64,000 nt of DNA from NCBI GenBank assembly GCA_965202585.1, contig OZ241834.1, positions 21,576,001 through 21,640,000 of the forward strand, read 5' to 3'. This document shows, piece by piece, positions 12,193 through 24,900 of this stretch. The notes under the pieces are model-generated. The model was not told the origin of the DNA. It did not search any database and saw nothing but the letters and a program-made list of their open reading frames with translations. The translations under genes and the position numbers were made by a program. Numbering within the stretch: position 1 is the first letter of the stretch; each line of letters begins with the position of its first letter. The DNA is from Thalia democratica. Lineage: Eukaryota.

Positions 12193-15100
12193 ACTTCCGA
12201 GCTTCAATTGTATCGCTCGATGTATGATTGTGAAACGCGTTCCTTGCAGGATGAAAACAATCATAAACCACCAAGTTTGAAGTGCGAGGCAGCCACCAAG
12301 TTACGAGTTGATCCCGAAATTGGTTATGATGTCTGGCATACTTTGCTCGATGCTTTTGTTTGATTTGAAGTGTACTAGACTCAACGGTAATTGATTTCAC
12401 TTTTGCGCTTTTAAAGTTAAATTTTTGATTGTGTTTATGGAAATGTGATAATTTTCCGCTCGAAGTGTTTTTATGAATTTTGTAGTTTTTATTTATTTTC
12501 AAAGTTGTGTCTTTATGCTGAAAAACGCAATTTTTCGACTTAAATGATATCATTCGTATTTAAGTTAAAATTTAATGAAAAAAAAGAAACACTAAGTTTT
12601 AAATAAGTTACTACCCTTTTATTTGTGTATTTATAAGCTTTTTGTTTTATATATTACAAATGGTTATCACTTGTTGGTCGAATTTAATTTTTTGAATTAA
12701 AATTGTATAAACTAAATAATTAAATAGATAGTTTTATTAAAATAAAAAAACCGTAATCTTTTAATATAAAAAAAACTAAAACATTTGAAAGAAGTAATAT
12801 AGGTTTACAAAAACTACTGAAAAACATCATAGCTACTAAATGGCTAGTTATAGTCAAGGAACATTAAAGCACACAAGTTATTTTAATAAATTAGACCTGT
12901 AATATTCGGCAGTAATTAATTTAAAAAAACTAAGAATAGTTTATTAGCAGTCAAAATTTTTATAATTCATTTTTACAAGCATAAAAAAACTGTTGCCATT
13001 AACAAATACAGTTAAAACTTGTTTGAAACTAACTATTTTATTAAATTTACTTATCAACAAAACTTTAAGTTATTGCGTTTTAACTTTTTGCTTTAAATAT
13101 AAAAACTACTTGTCTACTTTTAATTTAGTTATGGGTAAAAAAAAAAAAAGTTATGGATAAAGCTTTTAATATCGTATATAAAGTAAGAAAACAAGTCAGG
13201 ATGTAATATATAAAAAATTGGTCGTTGTTTAATGATTATTGAAACTTATAAAGTGAAAGTAAGTTTATTATAAATTTATTTTAAACCATAGTTTTATACA
13301 TTTCATACAAACTGTAAAGATTACAAAAAAAAAAATTCTAAGTTATAACAAAACTAAAATACGCTATGAAAGTTTATAAAATTTTCTAAACATATTTTTT
13401 AATTTGTTAAACTTAGTGTAATTTTAAACTAACTTTAAATTAATTAAAAAAGCTTTGGAGATATAAACTAGAATATAAAAACGTGTACAAAAGCTATTTT
13501 TCTATATATAGTATTGTAAAAATTAATTGTGACTGTTCAGTACTACTAACAATCGGTTAATCATTATAACAACGAACTTATCTTAGCAATAAAATTGTAT
13601 ATAAACTATTGAATTTTTGAAAAAATACTAAAGTTATTTTAGACGAAAATAGCAGTTATAAGTTTAGCAAAATATTTTATTTTCATTTTAATTTAAGCCA
13701 TTTGAAATAAAAAAAATACCACTTTGCAAAGTTTAGTATTTTACAAACTTTAAAATTGTTTGACTATTTTCTAATGCCGTTAAATGTTTTTGTTGGGTTA
13801 GATAAGTGTAAAAAGTTTTGTTTAATACAAAAAGTACTATTATGCTACTAAGCTTGATTCAAACAATAAGCTGTTGAAATCTTTCAAATACAATTTATTT
13901 TGTTGAGAAAGCTTTTATTTAAAAAAATAATTGTTATCTAAACGTTTCAAAAACTATTAAACAACTACCAACCACACTTAAAAATATTAAAGTAAAAAAA
14001 AAAAAGCTATCTAAAAGCAATCTATCTTTTGATTTTTTAAAAACTTAATTTTTGGTAAGCAATTATTTTGAATGTAAAAAAGTTATTCTACTTTATGTAT
14101 TATTTTTTATTCGTTTATTTGTACTTTCACAAACGTTTTAACACTAAAGTTTTTTCATAATGTTAAACCATATCAATGTATAAAGAGTAATTTAGCAGTT
14201 TTCTGTCTTTTTTGAATTTTAAAGTGATCTACAGAAGTGCAGCAGTTTGGAAGCAAACTAGTTTAAATAAGCGGCCACTCATTTTTTACCGCTAGGTAGC
14301 TCTGTTGTTATAAACTTAACTTCGTATTAATTGTTAAATTAAATAAACTCTTTAACCTAAAAAACAAATAATCGAGAAACCTAACTGTGAAAGACTAAAT
14401 TGTTTTTTAAGCTACCAAAAGTTTTGAAATTTAGTTAACAAATAAACTTTTTTTAAATTGTAGTATAACTAGTTGATTTATAAAGAGGTTGAAATATCTC
14501 TAAGATTTGTTTTAAACTTTGCTACAAAGAAAAAATTAAAAAGTACTTAGAGCTACAATTTATTTTAAACTGACAGTATTTTTTTATTAGCATGTTATCA
14601 TCAAATTAGGTGAACCTAAAACAGTAGTGAACATAATCAAAAAACAACTGATGACACTTTTTATTTAGATTAAAACTTTTTACTGTTTGTGAAGGACCAT
14701 CAAAAAGCTAAAATAAAGTCAAGAGAAGTATAAATATTTATATACTAAGTTATACTAATAAAATGTTCATGACTTTTTTTACTGTATAAACTATTTTTAA
14801 GTTTTGTTTAAAAAGTTAACAGCGAGTCGGACAATTTAAATTTATTCAAATTGATAGTTTTAAAGCTATTTGAGATCAATCTTATATCATCTTTAATTTT
14901 AGTTCTATGCTTAGAAAAAAAAATAGGCACATTAGAAAATAAGAAAAAACAAAGTTTTATGTATTTTGTAACTACTTTTGCATAATACTGAACAAATAGT
15001 ATTATTATATACATAATTTTAAAATTATTTTAAAAGCTAGTATTTTTGTACAATGCAAGATATTTGGTACAAAATAACGTTTTAAAGTGCATTTGCGAAC

Positions 15101-15365
15101 CCTTTTAAACTTATGATGGTGTATTTCGACTAAAATGTATTTATTATCAAATGTTATGTTGAGTGTATGCCCGAAGTATTTAAAGTGAGACAAGTGTTTT
15201 TCAAGCCATTCAGTCTTAAACTGTTAAACATGTAACATAAAAAAATACAAACAAAGTTGTATGCATAAAGCTCTCTAAGCAGTTAACAAAGCGAACTTCA
15301 AGTATAGTGGCATTAATGAAAGCAGCTAATGTTGGATGATCATTGAAAAAATGCAGGCTGGTTGT

Positions 15366-15420
15366 CTGATGACGCAACTGTTTATAAATAGAACGGCGAA
15401 CAAATCCAGGCCTCGCGTGT
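15366..15420 (+). promoter_or_regulatory. Candidate muscle-type core promoter of the Lmod gene
   Basis: Abutting TGACG (CRE half-site, 15370-15374), E-box CAACTG (15375-15380) and TTATAAATAG (15383-15392, fits both TATA and the MEF2 consensus YTA(W)4TAR), about 500 bp upstream of the ATG. Confidence 0.4.
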
Positions 15421-15900
15421 TACTTCTACTTAGAAGCGTCAACTAGCAGCTAACGTTAAAGTTTATAGATTTATTAACTTTATATTAATTCTTTTTTCGT
15501 AAGTTTTTGGTTTTCCAAGTTTTGGTTTGCTCAATTAAATATGAGAATATTGATTAGTAAAGTATGTGTATTACTTGGCTTCTACTAGGTGTCAACTAGT
15601 AGCTAACATTTGTGTTTATAACAATCTATTTTACAAACTTTGGTTTATATAATTTTTACTGGTTTTTTATGGTTATTTAAGTTTGATTTGTTCAGTTGAC
15701 AAACAAACATGATTATTGAAAAATAAAACAAAAGTCATTTTTACTGAGAAGCGTTAATTAGCAGCTAAAGTTTAAGTTTGTAAAATTTTTTTTAGTAGAA
15801 TATTTTTATTATATGTTTTTTCTGACTTTTTTATGGTTTACTTAGCTTTGATTTGTTCAGTTAAATATATATGAGTGTTGATAAATAAAGTTGTGCAAAT
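15421..15900 (+). repeat. Three diverged ~160-bp tandem copies spanning the Lmod 5' UTR/first intron
   Basis: Recurrent cttctact(t)ag(a)agcgtcaactagcagctaac and ttt(g)atttgttcagtt motifs at ~15421, ~15581 and ~15746. Confidence 0.6.
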
Positions 15901-18900
15901 GACATTGATTTACAATGAAGATGATGAGAGCCAGTACATAGACATTGATGAAGATCAAATACTGTCAGGTCTGTCCGCTCAAGAACTTGAACAGTTAGAG
16001 GTATGGATCAAACGTTATTAAACCAGATTGCTTTGTTTTCTTTTATTTTATCTATCATACTATTTTATAACACAAGTTTTTTTTTCGCAATGTTTTTATA
16101 CAGTTCTAGTTGAACAGTTTGTTCTTAACAATTGAACAAAAAGTTCAAGCTTTCTCTCACTAGTTTTCACAACACTAATGTATTAAAAATAAAGCTACAT
16201 AGAAAATAATTTAGCAGAAGTTTAGTAATGCAAAGAGTTCTTTTCTTATGAAAACATTTTAATAGCATTATTGTATTACAATCATATAACTTTTATTTTT
16301 CCGGTAGCTTTATTACTTTATAATATAATTTTAAAGTTAAATAAAGTTTCAATTTTTTTATTTTTATCTTACAGTTTGTTTACTAATATGAATAAAAAGT
16401 TTATTAACATATTTTTATTTTATTTTTTTCTCTTTGTAAAACATATAACTGTAATTGTTGATAAAAAATATAAATCATTACAACCAATATTAACAAACAC
16501 TTTATTGTAAATTAGAAAAGTATTAAAGTTCTCAGTTTATATATGTTATCGTTCTAACAATGTAACAATGCTTATTTTAAATTAATATTTAAAATAAAAT
16601 TTGAAGTTTTTTAAAGTCAGGTTAAGATTAAGTTCATAAACTATGAGCAATAATGTACTAAATTAACCTAGTTAATGGTAAACGTCTTCTAACTTACCAT
16701 ATAAAACTTTTATATCATTCTTGTACTGTACTAAAAAAATATTAAAGTTATTGTTTAAGCAATCAAATATTTTTTAGCTTTTCTTTTGTTTGCTAATAGT
16801 TTTAAAGATGGCATAAAAATAACTTCAGTAAGTACTATTAATGTTAAATATATTGTTTAGAAAATTTTGTATAAATATCCAGCGTTTTTATTTAGTTTAT
16901 TTTTACCTGTTTTATATACTGATTTCCTTTACATAAATAAATATATTTTTTTTGTTAAATGTTTATAAAAAGAAAAAAGAATAAATTATTATAATATAGA
17001 AAGTATCGGGAAATAAAAGTTTAATTGTTCAAAAGTGATTTTTTCAAAGCTTTATGTTATGGTAAACTATTAATATGTTTTACTTTATTTAGGAAGAACA
17101 ATTTACTTCGTAATATTAATCTAGTAGAAAGTATAGAGCTAATGTTAAGCTAAATTTTATGCTAAATAAAATAATTGTTTATTATTAAAGCTAAAATAAA
17201 CATTTAGTATCAAACTTTATTTTTTATACACGAGACGTTATACATGTTCAACTTTTATTCAGGATGAAATTGACAGGGACGTGTTGAACCAGCCTTCTCA
17301 CAATCGTTACCACGAATACCCGAACAGGAGGGGATCCAGGTACCGCAATTCCAGCTTCACCATCCCGGAAGAAGACGAGGAGAGGGAAGAGCGGGAGTAT
17401 CCGACGCAAAAAGTTTGTTTAATAAGTTAATAAAAGTTTTTTATGCTATGACTTGAAAGTTTATCCAAGTGATAGAGTTTACTAAATTACAATTAGTTTT
17501 CAAAAACTCTTTGTTTCATCATTAATTCAACATACTTTTTTATTCAAAGTTATTGGCTTAATTTTAAATTGATACAAGTATAAAACTTTAAAAAAGAGTA
17601 AAACTTTGAAAAAAGAGAAGTATTGAAAAAATATTCTAAAATACTTTTATTTGAAAACATTTTTACTTTTAAAGGAAAATACGCAAGACAGTTATGTGAG
17701 AATGTATCCGGAGAAACCGTATGAAGTGAAAAACTATAATCTAAAGCCAACACAATATTATCAACAAGGTTGTCAATACTTTTAAGAGTTTATCACATAA
17801 GCATTATTTCAAAACGATGTAAAATACGATTATTAAAACACTGTATTTCTTAAAATTGATCTTAAACAAATAATATTTTGTTAGGGTTGTTAATTTGTTT
17901 TAAGTGCTAATATTTACAAATAGAACAAAAAAATCATACAGAAAAACCGGTACAAGCTACTCAGTACATGCAAATGCCTCAGTTGCGCCAAGTAGACCCG
18001 AGAAAGTTCAACAGGCAGAAAAGTCTCGATGAGCAGGAGAAAATGAAACTCGAAATTGAAAATAAAGCAAAACACAAAACAAAGTTCGCCTTTTGTTGTT
18101 TTATTTTAAATTATAATTTGAAGCGTCTAATTTTAACAGATCTACTAAGAAATGAGTTTTACGGCCAATTGACATAGAATAAATATTGTAACTCAAAAAT
18201 AAACTATATTTTTTCAAATAATTGTTTTTAAATACAGCCTAATACACAGCACTTATATTATTCTTTTTAGAATTTCCAAAACAACTAAACAATGTTTTTC
18301 TACAATCTAAAATATATGGTTAAATGAATAAAAAAATAAGAAGAGAAACATTTAGCAAAAACTGCTAGTTTGTTAAAAATTTAAAATTTTCACAACAAGC
18401 AGTTTAAATTATAAAATTTACTTTTGTTAAAAGCCAGTTGTTGCAGTTTCAAACGTAGTTTCTTCTAAGCTATTTGCATCAAATTACTAAAACTTTTATA
18501 TTCGTTGTTTTAGTTTAATCAATTAGCTTCTAAAGTTTTTAGCCAAAGGTGTTTAAACTGTTATGCAACCACTTCAATAAACACAACGAGCTTTAAGCAG
18601 CTTTTAGAATCTGAAAACTTTTCTTAGTAATTTGTAAACATCTATAAATTTCAATGAATTCGTTTTTAAGATTCAAATGTACAAGATTTAAGCACCACCT
18701 CTATTAGTACTATTTTTAAGAATTGAATGCAAGCACTTGTTTCTTGCTTCGAAACAAATAACAAACAATGCAAAAATCAACAAACTGTTTTTCTTCAGGC
18801 GGCGAAAGAACAGGATGAACAGCGGAGGGGTGACGCGGAGGTACGCCGGAGGGGGGCGGAGGAACAGCGGGTTGATGGCGTTGAGGAGGAGGAGCAGGAT

Positions 18901-21900
18901 CGCCAAGGAGGACAACAACGGGGACTACAACGTGAACGAGAACTTCGTCACCAACGAGGTCCACAACACCATGTCTCGACTCAAGAAAGTAAATTGTTTT
19001 TATTTCGATTTATGACTTTTTTACAGTTTTGGTAGTTTTTTGCTATACGTATTTAATAAGGTGTCTTTTAAATTAATAATGAAAGGTTAACGAAGTTTAA
19101 AGAAAATTATTGTTTAATTTTGCTTGTTCTTCTTTACGCGCTTATAAAAACGAGGTCAACAACACCATGTCTCGACTCAAGAAACTAAATTGTTTTTATA
19201 CATTTTTTTAACGTATTTAAATTAGTTGCTTTTGTTTCAAATATAAAGAAGAATTTTGTTGTCGCGATACAGCTTAATGATTTTTTACGGTTTCTTATTC
19301 TAAGATAGAATTTTTGCCAAGTTTTTTTATGGTTGAAAACTTTTTTAATAAAACCTCAAAAAATTTTCTATTAAGTAATTATTATAGTTTTCAACGTATT
19401 TATAAGAAAAATGTCAATAAATTACTTGATAGATATCAAAATGATACGAAAGTTTTCTAAACTGTTGACTTCCTATAGTCAAAAAAATCTTTAAAATCTG
19501 CCGTACAATCGATCACAGGTGAAAACGAAAGAGCCGACTTCGATGTCCGACGTTCTTTCCGGCGTCGATTACAAGCACGTGACTTCGGGAGCGGCGCAGC
19601 GCCAGGAAGACGAGATGAGTCTGGCGAAGAGCCACCCTCAGAGGCATCAACAGCAGAACGCCGTCCAGGAACAGAACGAAGGATACTCTGAAGACTCATG
19701 GTAAGAAAAATTACAGTTGTTACATTTTATTTACTCACATTAAAATCGGTAACGGTGTTTAAGTAAGTTATATCAAGTAGTTCCATAAATTATTATTTAT
19801 GTAATGAAGTGAAGTTACGTGGTAAATTAAAGTTGTGTTAACTAATTGGCTACACTAATTTGCTGCATTTTGAACAATGTAGCGTTGGTCTATAACACAA
19901 AAGTTTTTTTTAATTACCAAATAAAGTTGAAGATAATAACATATTTTTATTTTTTTTTAATAATGACTTCTTATGAATTAGCATATTTTTAAAAAGTTTT
20001 AATGTAGTTAAAGTAGTTTGAGTTATTTTCTGACTTTTTATGACAACTAAGTATTGCAACATCTGTCGTATAAGTCAATTTTACTGACTTATAATTTATT
20101 TATCACGTATTTTTTATCATAGGAATTTTTTTTAACACGCATGCTTTAGAATATTTTCAGTTTGGTTTAATCAACTGTTACTAAAGTGTGTCATTTTTCA
20201 AAAATTTAACACACGTTTCAGATACTATTCAAAACAAACACACTTTAAAAAAATCTATTTTTAAACAAAGGTCAGACAGTTCAGACGATTACATCAACAA
20301 AGAAGAAATGATCGTCGCGCGAATGAACAGGAGGAGAGAGCAGTTCACGCGAGAGAAGCTGAGCACGAAGGGAAAGCCGGTGTTCAACATGAAAACGGGC
20401 AAGTTCGAAGTGATCGATGAAAACTCCGACAGTTCCAAGGGAGTGGAGGACATTGTGAGGCGTGTTTGGAAAAACGACCCCACTTTAAAAGAAGTTTGAA
20501 CTGTTTTTTTGTATTTGTTACTCTCAATTAATAACTAAATACAATAGAAACACAACTTATCTTATTGACATAATTTTTACTTAAATAAATTTTAAGGTAT
20601 TTAATTAGAAAAACTTAAGATGACTAAGCACAAAAACGTGTATTTACCTTACTTATGTAGTTTACTGAAATTCTAAGACATTCAAATTGGTATATTGTTC
20701 ACATACGAGCTGCTTACCTCATACTTATATTTATAATCTTATTTTAATCTACAGTATTCTTTTCAACTACATACACATACTTATGCATTTTCTTCAAGGT
20801 GAACCTCAACAACATTCAAAACGTACCCATGGAAACGTTTGAAGAACTAGCTGCTGCTATGGAAGCAAACACCAATGTAACGAGTCTCAATCTAGCCAAC
20901 ACGAACTTGCAGGATCGTTCGGCGAGAACTCTGGCTAAAATGCTTGCTAAAAACCGAACTTTGCAAAAACTAAACGTTGAATCTAATTTCATAACAGGTG
21001 CTTTTTTTAAGTAAAGTGTTCTAAAAATTCTTAAGAACAACTAGCATGTTATATCTAACACCATATAAGTTTATTAAATTAAAACTTATTAAAGTTAAAA
21101 AATGTTCTACTTATTTTTGAACTATATGTTTTGTTAGGCAACGGTGCACTAAGAATTATGTACAACACGAAGAAGTGCAGATGTCTGCAGGAGCTGCGCA
21201 TCGACAACCAGAGACACATTTTTGGAGCAAGGGTGGAAGAAGAGTTTGTGAGAATTTTAAATGAAAACAAGTTAGTTAAAAGCGGCTTGGTATAAAAAAA
21301 TAACAACTTTCGTAAAACTAGTGCTTGCTATTTGTTTAAAGGCTTTAAAAGTCAGAAAGTCCTTAAACTGTTTCCAGTTGAGTGATAAAAAAAAACAAAA
21401 AAATATTTTTTTATTAAGTAATTCATAGTTAGTGGAGTAATAACATTTTTTAAGTTTGTAACGAAAATTAACAAAATTTAAGAGTAAGCCAGTTTAAAAA
21501 AATTCTACTTTCAATTAAAAACAAAAGTTTTTAGATTAAGCATTTTAATTCCCTTCCAAATGTCTAAATGAAATATAGCTAAATTTAAAAAAATGTTAAT
21601 AATTTCTAATGTTTTTAACAAATGTATAATAACGATTTAATATACTTTTCCTTTCGTTTTTGAAAGTGCTTATGTCGCTTGTTTAAGTATTTTTTTTTAA
21701 ATTTTGTAAAAATTAGACTAATGTTTTTATTTTTTTCAAAACTACGTATAGCATTGATAGAAAAACATTAAATAAATAAAAACCGAATATCTAATGTTTT
21801 CGAAAACTGTTTAAACAAAGAGAAACCAGTTACAACTTTACCACTTTCAAAAAACTTAATTTAACTTTAAAATACATAACAGATCAATAATAAGATTCGG

Positions 21901-24900
21901 ATACCAGTTCGGAAACCCAGGGTTTCGAATGAGCGCAGCGAACTGCCTGACGAAGAACATGGACATTGTGAGAAAGAAGCGAGTCCAGGAACAACGCATG
22001 CGGGGCCATGTTAGTTAAAATGTATAATTCTGTTATGTTTTAGCACTATAGTTAATTGTCTTAACTAAAAAACTTTGCTTAATTCACTGTGATGTAAAGA
22101 ACTTATTTAAATATATAATTTGCACTAGTATTATTATTTAGTATGGTTTAGCGCGTAAAACTTAACTTGTTAATTATTATCCTCAAACTAAAAGTTAAAA
22201 AGTTTATATTAATATCTTTTAAAACATTCAGGTCAACAACGGCGGATATCTCAGGAAGCAGAAGTCGGTGGAAAAAAGACAGAGGAAACCGGAGCAAATT
22301 GATGTGCGGGTAAGAAAACAAAATTAGTGCACTTTAAACATTATTTTTTAATTGCAAAAATTGTATGCGGTCCTATTTTATAGAAATTCATGTTTTCTAA
22401 TTCTGTTTAATGGTTAAAATATTGAAATCAAAATGAATAATTTAGATTAGCCAAATAGATAATCAAAGTGCGTTTAAAATTTTAACAAATATGAAATACA
22501 AACACTGACAGGAAGTTCTTGGGGACATAAAGCCGCACGAAATAGAACTGCTGAAAAACTGGTTCGCAGCAAAGATGGCGCAGGAGCAAGTCGCGAGAAA
22601 GTACAAAACCCAAAACTCGAGAGAGATGAGCTTCCCTGGAAACGTTCAGGAGCAAGAACGCGCGACGGAAGAACAAAGGAGGTTGCAGCTGTTGGAGCAG
22701 CAAAGGCAGCAGCAAATTTTGGAGCAGCAAAGAAAAATGAAAGCGTTGGAAGAGCAGCGGCAGCAGCAGATCCTGAAGCAGCAGCAGAAACAGAAGGAAA
22801 TGGAAGAGTACTGCCGACAGAAACTGCTGAGACAGCAACAGAGGGAAAAAGAACAACAGCAAGCTGACAGCCAATCAGCTCCAAGTGTTCCAGTGCCTCC
22901 ACCCCCACCCGTTGTTCAAAGTCCTCCTGCCGCGAGAATCGAAGAATCGAGCAAAAAAGTGGAAGTGAGTTTTCAATTATTTGTAGTTTTTTATTTCTTA
23001 ATTACTAAAAGGAAAATATCATAAAGTACTTTAGAAAACAGATAACATTTTTTGTTTTTTAATAAATAAGTGTAAATTGCAGAAACAATATAAAAAAGTT
23101 TTTTTTAAAAATAAGTAAGTTTTCTAAGTATTTTGAATAAAAAAGCTGAAGTGAGTTTTCAATTATTTGTAGTTTTTTTCTTATATACTAAAATAAAAAT
23201 ATCATAAAGTAGTTTAATTAACAAATAAAAGTTTTTAATTTTTTCATAAAATAAACGAGTGTAAACTGCAGAAACAGAATAAAAAACATTCCAAGAAAAA
23301 CTACAAAAAGGAGAATCTTCGCGGTCAACTTTTGGACTCAATAAAAAATCCACCTAAGGGAAGAAACTACCTTAACAAGGTAATTTACTTTGAGTATTTT
23401 GAAAACAAGTAACCGAAGCTAATAAATGCTAACAAACCAAGGTGAAAAGAAAGTCTTGTATGCATTGGTACATGCCTGAGAAAAAGGAAGTTGGTCAAGA
23501 TGATAAAGAGCATTTGGTTCAGAAGAAAACTTTTATTCCGGCCTACAAAGACGTCAGAGAGCAAAGCAAAATGTTCCAAGATGAACCGAAAAACAAAAAA
23601 GTTTGTTTAACAAGATAGTTTCTTTAAGCCTGACTCACTTTTATTAATAACTACAAAACTTATACAAACAAGTTAAAAAACTATTACGTATGTCTAAATT
23701 GTAGTTGTGTTTTTGAAAAAGGTTGAAAAGAAGAAGACTTCTAAGAAGAAGCCTAGTACAGAAGTTTCTAGAGCAACTTTACTTGATTCGATTAGAGACA
23801 CAAGTTCAAGACCAAAGCTTAAAGAAGTAAGAAAAAATATTCAAAAATATATTTAAAAAAAAGCGTATGCATTAATGTAGTTATTAATTGTTAATCAAGT
23901 TACACTTGCACAAAACTACCGGTGCATTTTCCAAATTACTCCTTATGTTTTCTAGAAAAAAATAATGTACAAACTTCTAAAAGTTTAATTTTGTTGGTTT
24001 TTTAAGTTTTCAATGATTTATAATGTTTATTAAAACTCTAGAAAAAGCTTTCATTTTAAAAATTTGTTATAAAGTTTGAAACTGATTTCTTATAAACCGT
24101 AATTTTTCTTAATGATATTTTTAAAGAACAACTACAGACTCTCCAGTCATTTAATTTACTACAATAAATGAAATCAAGCTTTGAAGTTAATTAAACAATA
24201 TTATTACATTTGTTTTTAATCATAGACAAACAGACTGCTATTGTTTTGGTTAAATTATTTGAAAAAAAAAGTTAGTAACATAATATATAATTTTAAAGGT
24301 AAAAAGAAAATCGAAACCAAACTTGCTTTTATCGCCAACAGCAATACCAGAAACACCAGAAACAAACGAAAATCATCATCTAAACAATCCAAGCACTCCA
24401 AAGTCTCCTACCACACCAATCGCTTTGAAAGCTAAAGTACGTTAACCGCGTCACAATAATTTTTTTCACTAATACTATATATTAGTATATATATATACTA
24501 TCTATATCGCATATAAAATTGACTCTAAAAAAATAGATGTAACAGTGCTTCATAAATTCTCTTTAAATATTTTTAAGTAGATATTTTCAATGATCAGTCT
24601 TTTACAACTTATTTATAATATTTTTTGTTGTTAGAATAAAACTGTTACTAAGATTTTGAAGGTTTTCCCTGAAAATTACATAAAAAAGTTTGGTCGTAAA
24701 ACTACCACATTATGTTTAGATTGAAAAATAGCGTAATTTAAGCAAGTTGTAAAGCTAATGATTTATGATACTTTATTTCTGAAAATAAATTTGTATCGTT
24801 TAAAACTATGGTATAGAAAATATTTAATATTAGGTTTTAGAATCAAATTATATATAAACAGTTTTTCAAAATTATTTTTTATAACAATTATGTAAGTACA

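Noticed and set aside
11214-12264. Alternative-frame and antisense ORFs over the Hox2 last exon
   Set aside because: Shadow ORFs of a GC-rich coding exon.
14648-14654. Canonical CTGATGA hammerhead cores (also 15366 and 54498)
   Set aside because: No helix II followed by GAAA and no helix I/III pairing.
20269-20283. DR3-type nuclear receptor motif AGGTCAgacAGTTCA
   Set aside because: It overlaps the splice acceptor and codons W-S-D-S-S of Lmod exon 7, so it is explained by splice and coding constraints.
22474-22908. Antisense ORFs over Lmod exon 12 (likewise 28652-29158 and 18688-18964)
   Set aside because: Reverse-complement shadows of low-complexity Gln/Glu-rich coding sequence.
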